A DNA stretch of 64,000 nucleotides from Octopus sinensis (Eukaryota). The notes below the pieces were generated by a model, which worked only from the letters and a program-made list of their open reading frames with translations, was not told the DNA's origin and did not search any database. The stretch is taken from contig NC_043005.1 of the NCBI RefSeq assembly GCF_006345805.1, positions 19,220,001-19,284,000 of the forward strand, in the 5' to 3' direction. Positions 1-12,890 of this stretch are shown here, piece after piece (position 1 is the first letter of the stretch; the number at the start of each line of letters is the position of its first letter). The translations under genes were made by a program, and so were the position numbers.

Positions 1-574
1 GAGTGAAAAGTGGAGAAAACTATAATGCATGATAGTTATTTACCTGCAGCAAATACTGTATTTAAGAATGAAGAGAATTCAGACAGATGATATTAGTGAA
101 CAACAGTTGAAGAAGTAGTCATGATATTTAGAATAAAGATTGAGAATTACCACATGGAAACGATTTTCATCTTATTCTCAGCTATGATAATACTCCAGTG
201 GTGAATTTTGTAAATATACATAGTCCAAAGTTAGAATCCAATGACATATACTTAAACTACTCATTTAATGAACCTGGTTGTTAAGCAAATAATCATATAA
301 AAAAGGAAATAAAAAAAAACATCCACGTAATTAAATTATTTTTACAACATAAGGTGGCATAGACTAGCTGTCTGGCATCATGACAATCCAATTTAGAATG
401 GAAAAAATTTCAGCAGTTGTCTGTAAATTCCTGTCTTGAATTTGAGGTAAATAGCTTGAACAGTATATGTTCATAGCAAAGACCCTTTAAAGTTAAGAAG
501 AATAAACGGTTCACTGACGATTTAGAAACATTCTCTGTGTATACGAGCGCGTTTGTGTGAACGTGGACAAACTT

Positions 575-860
575 TAAACTCTGAAGATGCGACTGCGAGT
601 TTCGATTATGTTACACTTCTGCTGAGGACATAACTCATGTGGTCAGCAGCTGCCGAAATATATCATCAAGATGCTACCTTCCACTACAACATGATGTGCA
701 GCTACAATTATAAACAGTGTCATCTGCAGAAAAGACTGCCCTGGGATAAGTATAAAGAACACCTCTCCTATGGAATACATAAATACGTCTCAACACATGG
801 AATATTGGTGGAATATTCCCAGTCTCATCAAAAGCCCGTTCTAGAAAACGAACTCAAAAA
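575..860 (+). mobile_element. Decayed R4/Dong-like (RLE-type) LINE fragment, CCHC zinc-knuckle region
   Basis: One frame reads CEFRLCYTSAEDITHVVSSCRNISSRCYLPLQHDV, matching the CRLC..EDITHIIS.C...RHD knuckle also seen at ~42650; nucleotide similarity to 12660-12760. Confidence 0.65.
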
Positions 861-1644
861 TTTATGATAGTGGACTTAACACCCTAGCCACTAGGTTATG
901 CGTCTTCACATGCATACACACACATACACATGTCCTCGCATACGTGGCGAACATGGAACAAAGAACACTTTGTTATAGAGTATAATTGTATTTAATTGGC
1001 CGGTGTCTTGTGTCGGTGTTGTACGTCCCATGAATGCTCGATCCAAAATGTGAATAATGTTAGTCTGAACTGAGAAATTTTCAAATTCAACATGGAGACG
1101 GCACCTAATTGTTTCATTGGAGAACAAAGAACATAACAGTTGGATGAAAAAAGCGATAGTTCATAACTGAAAATGTTCACAGGATAATGTAGAGATCGAT
1201 GTATTTTAAGAGGAATAATTGTTCTTGAATTGGTTGTCAGAACTAAAATTTAGAATAAATTTTAGCCTATTTCAGAGACTGTATAGCTTCTGTTGATTCA
1301 GCTAGTCTGCAACTCCAAATAATCTACGAGGATACACAATTTGTTCAGAGTGAAGAGGGAAGAGCTACCTCCCTGTAAATTTGTTGAAAGTTGGATGAGA
1401 GTGAAAACTATGGCCCGAGTGAGTTGGCCAACACTGAACATGTACCTACAGATTAAAGGAGAACAAAAAATAATCAGTGTAACCTTGGTATATGGAGTTT
1501 CCAGGTATAACCCTCGGAAGTTTCACTGTTAAACTTTTATTGTTACTGTTATTTTTCTCTTTACACGCTCTTTCATGGAATCCCACATTTTATCATCCTG
1601 TAACGTCCTCGATCTTCATGTAAACCCTTAGTGGTTGATAAGGA

Positions 1645-1683
<39 letters not shown>

Positions 1684-1959
1684 CTGATGACCTCCCCCTC
1701 CAATGAAAAGGCTTAATGTGCGGAAGAGTTCTATAAAACTCACGCGTGCTTTTCAATAATATTTGTAAAACAAACATAACAGAGTGCAGAAAAGAAAACA
1801 AGAAAGATTTATTCTTCTTCTCCATGTTTTCTACATGCAAATAGATTCGAAATTTATGAGGAACGCATCTAAAAGAAAATTGGCAAACAACAAAACAACA
1901 TAGTTCTCAAAAGAAAACAAACAAAAATATAATAGCATTTCAATTAAGGGCAATTATTA

Positions 1960-1972
1960 TTCCTGTTATTGA

Positions 1973-2030
<58 letters not shown>

Positions 2031-2072
2031 ATCATCATCATCATCATAATCATCATCATCATCATCATCATC

Positions 2073-2115
<43 letters not shown>
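1960..2115. repeat. Compound (ATT)n/(ATC)n microsatellite
   Basis: Direct reading. Confidence 0.95.
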
Positions 2116-2118
<3 letters not shown>

Positions 2119-2540
2119 CTTCTATAGTTTTTGCAAGTTTCTACTGATCCACCTGGTACATCTTCGTGTTTCTCAGGTATTGTATTATTGTAGCTTCTTG
2201 CTTTTGTGGGAGTTCGAAGAGTATAGACCCTTCCTGTTAATGAGCTGCATCGGTTTATCTTGTAACAGGGATGAACTTTTTTCTTGTATTATATTCGTGT
2301 TTGTTCATGTGCGTGTGTGATGTGTGTAATGTGCGTTGTGTTGTTGTATTGGGCATTAATCTTGTTGAGCATATTTTGTGAGAGTTGTGTGGTTTATTTT
2401 TATAAGTGCTCATTGTATAGCTGTGTTTATATACGAAGATTATTCAATTAAGCTGTTCTGTTGAATCAGTAATGTCTTGCACAAGATTTGGGCTGTTTCC
2501 ACAAGTGTTAGTTTTGGAGCGTGTGAAGTATCGAGCCATG
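2116..2540 (-). mobile_element. 3' end of an old R4/Dong-like LINE, between (ATT)n tracts
   Basis: Minus frame ETAQILCKTLLIQ resembles the LLGTAHILRRTL C-terminus seen at ~47940; TAA-type repeats on both sides. Confidence 0.5.
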
Positions 2541-3350
2541 GTTTTTCCATAGTTTTATCTCACCTAATGCTCACATTATTATTGATTATTATTATTGTTG
2601 AGCATGAACAAAATTAAAACAATATTTTAAAAGTCCAAAATCCCACTTTGAATTCCTCGAGGGGAAATATTGTCAGCAACAACAAAAACAACAACAAAAA
2701 TAATAAGACTCAAGCTCTTTGCTTAACGAAAACATTTCTGTTATTCTGCACAGCAACGGCTACTTTACTAGTATAGTTTACAAGATAGAATATTTGCACG
2801 TAGATCACTTCTCAGAGAAAGATTTAATGGAGAAAGCACGCTACGAAGAACAGTATCCTTCTATTGACGACTGTATAGATGAACGAGTAAAGAAAACTTT
2901 GTTTAACTTTGTCTCATAAAAACATGGAGGGCTTTTCAAATACTCTCAAAAAAGGATAGCTTAATGAAAGGCAGTCATACGCGCGAGAAAAAAATTCTAA
3001 AGACTTCTGAAGAGTCGTTTTCTGGACAAGACTTTTGAGGCACTAACCCAGAGTGTCACTTCGTTGCATCCTCAGCTTTAAAAGCAACACGCGCGCGCGC
3101 ATAGTGTATTCTGAGCCATCCCTACACCGAGTTAGAACATTTCACTTCATGCACTGCCGAAAGCTGCATGCAGTCGTACTTTGAAGCTCTCAAAAAAATC
3201 TACTATAGTTGTTTACTACACTTCTCACTTGAGCTGCTATGACATTTTCAGGTAGGAACGTAATTGCTTTTGTCACGTCGTGCTACCATGCAGCGCTTAT
3301 TTCGACTAATCTGATAGTTGTGCGTAAATAACAATGATAGTCATAATAAT

Positions 3351-3635
3351 GGTTTCAAATTTTGCCACAAGAGCAGCAATTTGGGAGGAGGGGAGGAGGG
3401 GATGAGTCGATTAAATCGATCCCAATTAAATCAACACCAAAGTCAACCGCCGATGTCGATTTTGCCTTTCATCCTTTCGGGTAGACCCTCTCCTATGCAG
3501 CTGGTAGTTAATTTGTCGATATCAAATAGATGAAAGGCAAAGGTAGCCTCTGCGGTATTAGAAATGAGAACATAAAGCCGGAAGAAATTCTGCAAAGCAT
3601 TTTGTCCGGCAAACGATTCAGCCAACTCACAGCCG
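3351..3635 (-). mobile_element. SINE family C copy (tRNA-like head, core gcctttcatcctttcggggtcgataaaa)
   Basis: Similar to the clearer copy at 46693-46908; flanked by AAT repeats. Confidence 0.75.
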
Positions 3636-3848
<213 letters not shown>

Positions 3849-4045
3849 GGTTTCAAATTTTGGCACAAGGCCAGCAACGTAGGGACGGGGAGTAAGTCGG
3901 TTACACCGGCTCCACTGTTGAACTAGTACTTATTTTATCGACTCCAAAAAGATGAAAGGCAAAATTGAACTCAGAACATAAAGGCGGACGAAATGCTGCT
4001 AATCATTTTGCACGGAGTGCTAATGATTCTGTTGGATCGCCGCCT
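3849..4045 (-). mobile_element. SINE family C copy
   Basis: ggtttcaaattttggcacaaggccagcaa...gatgaaaggcaaa...gaactcagaac...cgccgcct, followed by AAT repeats. Confidence 0.8.
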
Positions 4046-4234
4046 AATAATAATGAAAATAATGATGATGATGATAATGATGGATTCTCTGGTCGAAGAC
4101 GACGTATGAGTCTTCAGTTTTTTCCGAACGACCTGCACAAATGATTTGTTTAAAAGGATCAAATGTATGTGCCGCACATTAGCTCACTCCATCCGTCAAA
4201 TCAACTTTGCTTGAATAGGTGCACAGTGTACCAC

Positions 4235-4368
4235 GTTTCAGGTGTCGAAGTGATCACAGAGCAACGTGAGATGGAGTGTTTTGCTCAGGAACGCAACCCA
4301 TCACTCGGTCTAGGAACTGAAACCACGATGTCGCGATCGTTAGCGCAACACTTTAACCACTAGGCCAT
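4235..4368 (-). mobile_element. tRNA-headed SINE fragment (family D)
   Basis: Minus strand reads atggcctagtggttaaagtgttgcgctaacgatcgcgacatcgtggtttcagttcc: A-box-like and B-box-like motifs. Confidence 0.65.
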
Positions 4369-4487
4369 GGTTGTGATGCATGTGCTTGGTGTGCCCTTAT
4401 CAGACAGGTAATGACGATGGGTATACTGGGATTTGTATATTTTACCCTAGTGTCACTTTGATGGAATGCACTGCTCACTCACTCATT

Positions 4488-4500
4488 AATAATAATAATG

Positions 4501-4582
<82 letters not shown>

Positions 4583-4728
4583 TAATAATAATAATGATAA
4601 TGATGATAATAATTATAATTATAATGATGACGATGATGATGATGATGATGATGTGATGATGCTGATAATGATTATAATAATAATAGTTAATAAAGACAGC
4701 AGACAGACAGAGTGATAGATAGACAGAC

Positions 4729-4813
<85 letters not shown>

Positions 4814-4815
4814 GG
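4488..4815. repeat. Compound (AAT)/(GAT)/(GACA)/(GATA)/(GA) microsatellite at the start of GPCR intron 1
   Basis: Direct reading. Confidence 0.95.
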
Positions 4816-4877
4816 TGGAGATAATTAAGAGGCTGAAACAAGAAAGGAAATTAAGATAGAAATATGTGAACACATAC

Positions 4878-5145
4878 CTGCAAGGTCAGCGACGGCCATA
4901 TTAGACAGAAGCATGTTGGTGATGTTACGCAGTTTCCGTGTAAGACCAATCAATAAGAGAATTGATATATTGCCAATGATTGAGATAACAAAGACAATTG
5001 TATAAAGACTGACAAGTGCTATATCATTCCAATCAAATAGCATTGCCATATCGTCTGCATAATCTTGAAACAAATCAGTGAAATTGCCCAGTGATCCGTT
5101 ATACAGATCAAACATCATTTCATCTATATCAGATACTGATGCCAT
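4878..5145 (-). CDS. First coding exon of a class A (rhodopsin-like) GPCR, probably a neuropeptide receptor; N-terminus, TM1, ICL1 and most of TM2
   Basis: ATG in accaagATGG context. Translation MASVSDIDEMMFDLYNGSLGNFTD...IALVSLYTIVFVISIIGNISILLLIGLTRKLRNITNMLLSNMAVADLA has N-glycosylation sequons (NGS, NFT), the TM1 GN motif, an LRxxTN loop and the TM2 NMAVADL motif. Splice donor GCAG|GTATGT at 4878/4877 (phase 1). The ORF-track extension past 4878 is intron read-through. Confidence 0.93.
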
Positions 5146-5390
5146 CTTGGTGGTTTTTTTTTGTTTTTGTTTTCTTTAAGTCTGTTGGTTTGATATTTTT
5201 ATTTCTATTTCGTTGATGGTAATGATGTTGGTATTAGTGATGACTTTGAAGATGAAGGGTAAGAGGAGAAGGATACTATCAAAATCATGTTCCAAAAGCG
5301 CAGCAATTATACCTATATTAAAAATAGCTACACACACACACATATATATGTATACACGCACATACAAACATGTTCATATGTATGTGTATG

Positions 5391-5446
<56 letters not shown>

Positions 5447-5449
5447 ATA

Positions 5450-5485
<36 letters not shown>

Positions 5486-6121
5486 TGTATGTATGTATGT
5501 ATGTACGTATTTGATAATGAAAAGTTACATTGACAGCAGATGCTGCTCTGTCAAGATCGAAACAAGACTTTCTCGGTGTAGACAGATCAAAGTTTACGGG
5601 AGACTAACGGACGCCATATTTACAAGTGTTAAATAATTGCAAGGGACACAAAATATTAGTTCTTCATCTCAGCCAGAAGACAACCCATGAGATTGGCGAT
5701 GATATTTCAGCATAAATCACCCTGTTGTGTGATCTGAAACAATATGGAGTGTTGTTTGTTGCATACGGATGCTTCTTCGAGCGTGTTCGTTTATTTGTTT
5801 GTAGGTGTGTGTTGAAACAGCAGAAGTAGGCGGTGTATATAGACTTCCAGGAAACACATACATTTGTTTGTAGGTGAAGCCGTATAGTTTTTTCATCTCC
5901 TTCATGTTGATATTCTTCCTACATTTCCTTCAAAAATATTTTTTGCAAAATCTTTTCTTATTTACTTTCAGAGTCTCCAAGCTTTTAGAGTACTTCCATC
6001 CATATTAATAGATATCTTCAACAATCTCTGCATCATTGTTCTGAAATATAAAACAGAATGTCTGTGATCAAATATATATGTGTGTATGCCTGTGTGAGTG
6101 TGTTTAGTGTACGTATATATG

Positions 6122-6155
<34 letters not shown>

Positions 6156-6196
6156 TGTATGTATGTATGTATGTATGTATGTATGTATGTATGTAC

Positions 6197-6241
<45 letters not shown>

Positions 6242-6968
6242 TATATACATATATATATAATCGGTAAATGAACACTTGAAGTAGATCCAACGGAAATATA
6301 CCCTAAATGTGGATGACACCAGGTAGCCCAACGCGTGCTAGTGCTTTACTGAATACATCAACACACTAACTGACATACACCCATTAATTCAACAATTATA
6401 TATATACATATATATACTTCTAATATAAGGATAAAATTTTATTTAAAAATTTCATCAGTGGCCAGCATATGAAAAATACCTTTTAATGTGAATTTATATA
6501 TATATACATGCACGCACGCACACACATGCAAATAATATTATTAATATAATAACACATGGAAAAGAAATCAACGTTCATTAAAATATACACAAAGTTTCCT
6601 ATATATTTATAATGCCTGGACAATGATTCTTGTTTCTGACTAAAATGTGGGTAACCATATATGCATCCAGCATGTGTCAATAGGTCATATAATGAAACTA
6701 GTATACACAGCGGCGTTGACGGAATTTTAAAGAACATCAACTGGAATATATCGAAAGCGGCCGACACTTCAATGAAATTTATATACTAATAGATTATGTA
6801 TAAAGAATTAGTTCACATAAAGAATTTAAGCTGTGGAATTAATAATTAAATAGTTAAGGGCATATCAAATATTAGTGATTGAGATAAATATTTCTTAGAC
6901 GCAACGAGAAAATCATTTGTTCTTTGTACTAAATTTAGTAAAAACGTAAATGGGACAGAACAAATTGA

Positions 6969-7006
<38 letters not shown>

Positions 7007-7113
7007 CATATATATAGAGAGAAACACACACATATAATATATATACACACACACACGTATATATATATATATTTATATATATATATCTATAACGTGTGTG
7101 TGCGTGAGTATGT

Positions 7114-7165
<52 letters not shown>

Positions 7166-7259
7166 ATGCACGTATATATGCATCTTTTACTTGAACGGGT
7201 TAGTGGAACAAATCCACCCCAATATTTAGTTAGTTTCAAGTGACTACAAAGAGTCGAAA

Positions 7260-7500
7260 ATGACACAACTGAAACGACAACGGGCATCAATAGGGTCAGA
7301 AACGATATAAGAGGTAGATGCTGGGATTGGATCGGATACGTCCTCACGCGAGATCGACAAAGCAATTGAATGGATGCGCTAGCGTGGTAGCTTGATGGGA
7401 AAGCAGCAGCAGGGCACCCTAAAACCGCAGGGTGAAAGACCATTCATATGCAGAGGAAACGAGAAAGTTGGAGAAGTTGGAATGAGATCAGAACATCTAT
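7260..7500 (+). mobile_element. RTE-clade LINE C-terminal fragment
   Basis: Frame IRGRCWDWIGYVLTR...ALAW*LDGKAAAGHPKT...RESWRSWNE resembles the RTE C-terminal W.WIGHVLR...ALTW.P.GKR.RGRPK motif. Confidence 0.7.
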
Positions 7501-7509
7501 GTCTGCGTC

Positions 7510-7552
<43 letters not shown>

Positions 7553-7626
7553 TGTTATTCTTTTACTCGTTTCAGCCATGCGACTGCTATCATGCTGTAT
7601 ATATATATATATATATATATATATTC

Positions 7627-7996
7627 CCAACCTCATGGTTCCAGGTTCAATCCCACTGCGTAGCACCTTGGGCAAGTGTCTTCTACTATAGCCTCAAGCC
7701 GACCAAAGCCTTGTGAGAGAATTTGGTAGAGAGGAAACTGGAAGAAGCCTGTCGTATATATATATATATATATATGAGTGTGTGTGTGTGTGTGTATGTA
7801 TGTATATCTTATTGCGTGTGTCTTTGTGTCTGTGTTTGTTCCCTCCCCCACCGCTTGACAACCTGTGTCGGTTTGTTTGCGTCCCTGTTACTTAGCGTTT
7901 CGGCAAAAGAGCCCGATAGAATAAGCACCAGGCTTAACAAAGAAATAATTACTGGGGTGGATTGATTCAAGGAAGTGCTCCAGCATGGCTGCAGTC
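7627..7996 (+). mobile_element. SINE family A copy (5'-truncated) with internal TA/TG microsatellite
   Basis: catggttccaggttcaatcccactgcg...cttgggcaagtgtcttctactatagcc...gtgctccagcatggctgcagtc. Confidence 0.85.
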
Positions 7997-8094
7997 ATCT
8001 GCATGACATCTTAATAGGAATGATCGCGCAATGTTTGTCTGCTGGTGCGAGCATGTGTATTGTAGTCATTGAGACATAACATATTCACATGCAG

Positions 8095-8355
8095 ACATGT
8101 ATGTATGTATGTATGTATGTATGTATGTATGTATGTATGTATGTATGTATGTACGTATGTATGTATGTATGTATGTATGTATGTATGTATGTATGTATGT
8201 ATTTATGTATGTATGTATGTATGCATGTATGTATGTATGTATTTATGTATGTATGTATGTATGTATGTATGCATGCATGTATGTATGTACGTATGTATTT
8301 ATGTATGTATGTATGTATGAATGTATGTATGTATTTATGTATGTATGTATGTATA
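8095..8355. repeat. (ATGT)n microsatellite
   Basis: Direct reading. Confidence 0.95.
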
Positions 8356-8943
8356 TATCGAGAGAAAGGAATAAATAGATAGATAGAAAGATCGATCAAT
8401 CGATCGATAGATAGATAGACAGGCAAAGAAAAAGAGAGACTAAATAAGCGACAGACCGAGAAAGGCTGAGAGAGGGAGAGAGAAAGAGAGATCTTCATAA
8501 CTGAAGAAGAAGAAAAAGGAGGAGGAGGAGGAGGAGGAGAGAAGAAAAAGAACAACAACGAAGAGAAAAGAGAACTAGAGGGTAGGAGGTGTGGTGAACA
8601 ATCCAACTAATTGTTTTATCCTATTTCAAAAGTGAAAATGTCAGTTAGTTTTTGATGTCAGAAATGTCATTGCGCGCATTTCGATGGAGTTTCATAATAA
8701 TAAACGATAAAATGTCATATTGGTAAAAGCAAAAAGGTGAACTAAACTCAAACTGATTGTTAACTGATGGTTAAAATAATCAGGAGTTTAAATACATCCT
8801 TGAGTATTATAAACACGAGTATTTCCGAAAGAACTAAATTCAATACAGACGCATATAATATTGTAAGAAATCACATCAGTGGTAACATATAGGTTCAATG
8901 GTTGGCTTAATGCGCTGTCCGGTTTAACATCACTCCTTTTATA

Positions 8944-9198
8944 TTGGGTTGGTGCATAATTATTGCGGCTTCTTTTCAACAAATTTTATACAACAAAAAC
9001 AATAGCAACACGTAACAAAAACATCTTTAAATGATTATTCCGGAGCATATTCACCATCTACTTCAATTACTGCTTCCCATTTGCTTGGCAGACGGTCGGT
9101 CAGACCGTCATTTAAAGATGTTTTTGTTAAATATTGTTATTGTTTTTAGTGAATAAAATTTGTTGAAAAGAAGCCGCAATAATTATGCACCAGACCAA
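8944..9198 (-). mobile_element. Non-autonomous mariner derivative with long TIRs and TA target duplication
   Basis: TIR ttgggttggtgcataattattgcggc resembles Hsmar1-type TIRs. Inverted arms extend ~85 bp, with TA on both sides. The internal minus strand encodes the mariner C-terminus LPSKWEAVIEVDGEYAPE*. Confidence 0.88.
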
Positions 9199-9929
9199 TA
9201 GTATTCTTGAAAAGAATATTAGATTTTCGGATTGAGATCGGATTCATGAAGAGATGAGATGCAGCGTTACGATCACAGAGTGCCGCAGAGTCAGGGAAGA
9301 TAATATGGAGCGCCTAAAGAAGCATGCTAAACCATGATGAGTATATTTGTAGACGAGCTGTATCTGCAGATGGGCAGTAGAATACATACGCTGAAAATTC
9401 TTAGTTTTACTAGGTAAGAATCAGCTAAATAACAATCTAACTGAAGAATTACAAAGAAATAAACCTTCGAACACTTTTTTGTTATCGTATTTATTTAAAT
9501 AAACTGTTTTTGATTAAACTAATTTTGAAAATAAGGAAAAGTTTACTAAAATTACCTTGTCGTTATTATGCCGGTACTTGGAAAATAAATTAGCCTGAAT
9601 GAAGTTTTAATGGAAAGTTGTTAATGTAGATCCCCCTAAAACATGGAATTTGAATAATAGAACAAGGAGCGGTCGCAGGTGGTTTGGTATCAAAAGGCTG
9701 AAAGTTTGCATACATTAGTGGAAAATGGCAAGAACAATGAATAATGCTATACGATGAATAGTTATTTGTGATATATATCATATATATACACATATTACAT
9801 CATTTTTATGAATGCATGCATGCATGCATACATACATACATTCATACATATATACATGCATACATACGTACGTACATACATACATGCATACATACATACA
9901 TAGCCATAATCAAGGATGTTGAACAGCCC

Positions 9930-11370
9930 TACCGCAAAGACCATCAAATGAAAAGCATTCTGCATCTCAACAGATGAAGCATGACTATGTTTTCAGAAAG
10001 GTTGAATGTGACAATAACACAGGCAACTAAAGTAGTCTACCTTGAACAAACAACTAATATATTCGAAGGGACACTCAGAGTTAGGAAATAGCTACGAAAT
10101 ACCGGAGGCGCTAAACAATAGGAAAGCAACTAAAAAGTCTCAAGTGTGACGACTCATACAGACTGTGGAGTTAGTCTCGAAGATTTCAGCCACATTATAC
10201 GCTGCTGCTGAAAATATCATCGTGCAACTATGTACCTGATACGTGACCAAAATATACAGTGCAATCCTTCGGAAGGACTGCTTTGAATACATTCATATAT
10301 TAATATACAGGAGTTACAGTGATGTGTAGGGCATATGCTCATTATATGAAATTGTTTATAATTTAGGCACAAGAACAAACATTTTGAGGCGGGGAGTTAA
10401 ACGATGCTATCAATCCCAGTAAAGGATTAGTATTCTATTTAACAACCTCGGAAAGCTGAAGGTATAGCTGGCCTTATCAGGATTTGAACACGATGCATAA
10501 AAGGACAGAACATATCATATTGTGATGATATTCCTGTCAAAAGCTCAATAAAATGTAAGCATAACAGATCAGACAATTATCTGGGACAGTGAAAAGCAAT
10601 GTTCACAGTGGTGGCGATCTACCTTGAACAAACAACAAGTATATTCGAAGAGACACTCAGGGACAGGAAACAGTTACGAAATACTGGAGGCGCTAAACGA
10701 TAGGAAAGCAAATAAAAGAAAGATTGGCTGTGTGGTAAGTAGCTTGCTAACCAACCACATGGTTCCGGGTTCAGTCCCACTGCGTGGCATCTTGGGCAAG
10801 TGTATTCTGCTATAGCCCCGGGCCGACCAATGCCTTGTGAGTGGATTTGGTAGACGGAAACTGAAAGAAGCCTGTCGTATATATGTATATATATATGTAT
10901 GTGTGTGTATGTGTTTGTGTGTCTGTGTTTGTCTCACTAGCATTGCTTGACAACCGATGCTGGTGTGTTTACGTCCCCGCCACTTAGCGGTTCGGCATAA
11001 GAGACCGATAGAATAAGTACTGGGCTTACAAAGAATAAGTCCCGGGGTCGATTTGCTCAACTAAAGGCGGTGCTCCAGCATGGCCGCAGTCAAATGACTG
11101 AAACAAGTAAAAGAGTAACATTAAAGGTGAGGGAAAAAGAGAACAACTATGCCAAACTAATGAGAAACTTGCAGTATAAGTTTTGAGTATAACTTCAAAA
11201 TTCATACCTGTGATTATTGGGTATTTGAGTAACTAACTACCTCGGCTACTTGAGAAACTGGATTTCACAATGCTAGAATGTCACAGCTAATTATAAAATT
11301 TCAAGGAAATTTTGATTGCATGCTATTAATACAACTGTGAATAAAATGTATAACATTCCAGGAGTTTAGC
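9930..11370 (+). mobile_element. Decayed R4/Dong-like LINE 3' region interrupted by SINE insertions
   Basis: Fragments ...EDFSHIIRCC (~10190), IIWDSEK (~10575) and LKVREKENNYAKLMRNLQ...FIPVIIG (11120-11220) are in colinear order. Confidence 0.65.
10725..11117 (+). mobile_element. SINE family A, near full length
   Basis: tRNA-like head ggctgtgtggtaag...ggttccgggttcagtccc; internal TA/TG tract; tail cagcatggccgcagtcaaatgactgaaacaagtaaaagag. Confidence 0.9.
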
Positions 11371-12429
11371 GTAATGAGTGCATATGCATACGTGTTGACA
11401 CAAAACATATATCTATGTACGTATATATGCATTAGTCAAAACACTGAAATTCAAACATGCAATGATATCCATGCAACTGCACTCATTTAAACGTTTGCGG
11501 ATGCATGCGTACGTACATACATACACACATATATGCATAGGTTACAATAAAAGAGTCTTGTTCTGAGTTTGAAAGACACACTTTCTCTATTAAAAGAAAA
11601 TTTTTTTTTAATAAAACCAGAAAAATACATACATGCATATATACATACATATATACATATATACGCACACATACTCGTGTATTAAGGTGACATGTACACC
11701 TATTAAATGAGTACAATTATATACATACGTACAACGTCTTCTTTGCATACACTAACTTATATATTCGCAAATTTCGGGAATTGTCTTAAGTCAAACAAAA
11801 AAGCCTTGTCACTTGCAAAGAACTCAAATTTCAAAGAAAACAGAAAACATACATGGACACATATATACACATACAGTTATATATGCGTAAATACTAACAC
11901 ACGAACATTCTTACATACATATATATAAAGTCATTCATATATGCATACACACGTACGTCCATACGAACAAACGCACATACATATATGTAAACACACACCC
12001 ACAAACATACATACATACATACATACATACATACATACATACATACATAAATACATAAATATATACATACATACATACTTAAATGCATGCATACGTGTAC
12101 AAATGTACATATTTTCTTAAGTTCAGTGCATACACCCTGTGAGTGTCGTGCACTATCATTACGACAGCAGTTGTTAAATAGAGAGAGCAAAAATATTATA
12201 GTTACATCAATGTAAATGCCCAAAATTGAAGAGGAAAAAATCGTACCGTTCTATAGTAAACATTAGTTAACATCGCAAATATTACTCGATTGCAGATGAC
12301 CTCCCGTGGGTACCTGGAATTGCTGAACTTGCATGTTTTCAACAAGTACATTCAAGATAAATATTCTGCGTACCCCCTTCCCTCTCCCCAAATACAAAAA
12401 AAGCAAAGGAATAAATCGAGGCTGATGCC

Positions 12430-12890
12430 AGCATTAATATATTTTGAAGAATATGATCTTACAATCCAAGAGCAGGGAATACTTATCGAAATATGTAATG
12501 CATAATACGATACAGCTCTTAACACACAAGATTCAGCTATGGAGATCAATTATATCATTCTTCCTAGGAATAGATTACACATATGCTCAGCAGATGCCTC
12601 AAAATTTCATCATAGTAATAGTTCCCATAATGAAATACATTGTCGCTAAAATATTATGATCTGTCATCCGCAGGAAGACTGCTCTGCGATGAATATAGAT
12701 GTTGCCTTCGTTATTGAATGCGTTCACATATATCTAATCAAAGAATGTTTGCAGCATTCCCAGCAAAATATCTGCCAAATGCGATCTTAGCCTAAGAGGT
12801 CAGCTGTACTGCAGATGTGAGCATTTCTTCAGCAATCAATGAAAAGGAAAATATTTATGGATGAAAACTGCAGCTTACTTATCCCAAATC
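12430..12890 (+). mobile_element. Decayed R4/Dong-like LINE fragment with restriction-like endonuclease motif
   Basis: YFEEYDLTIQEQ (compare FDEYALAIQEQ at ~42550) and EVSCTADVSISSAINEKENIYG (E.SCP.D...EK..Y RLE motif). Confidence 0.7.

Noticed and set aside
637-867. 76-aa ORF as a host gene or second GPCR exon
   Set aside because: Wrong strand for the GPCR, and another frame matches the LINE zinc-knuckle motif.
2719-2919. 66-aa ORF as a host exon
   Set aside because: Non-ATG start, no recognisable motif and no convincing splice sites.
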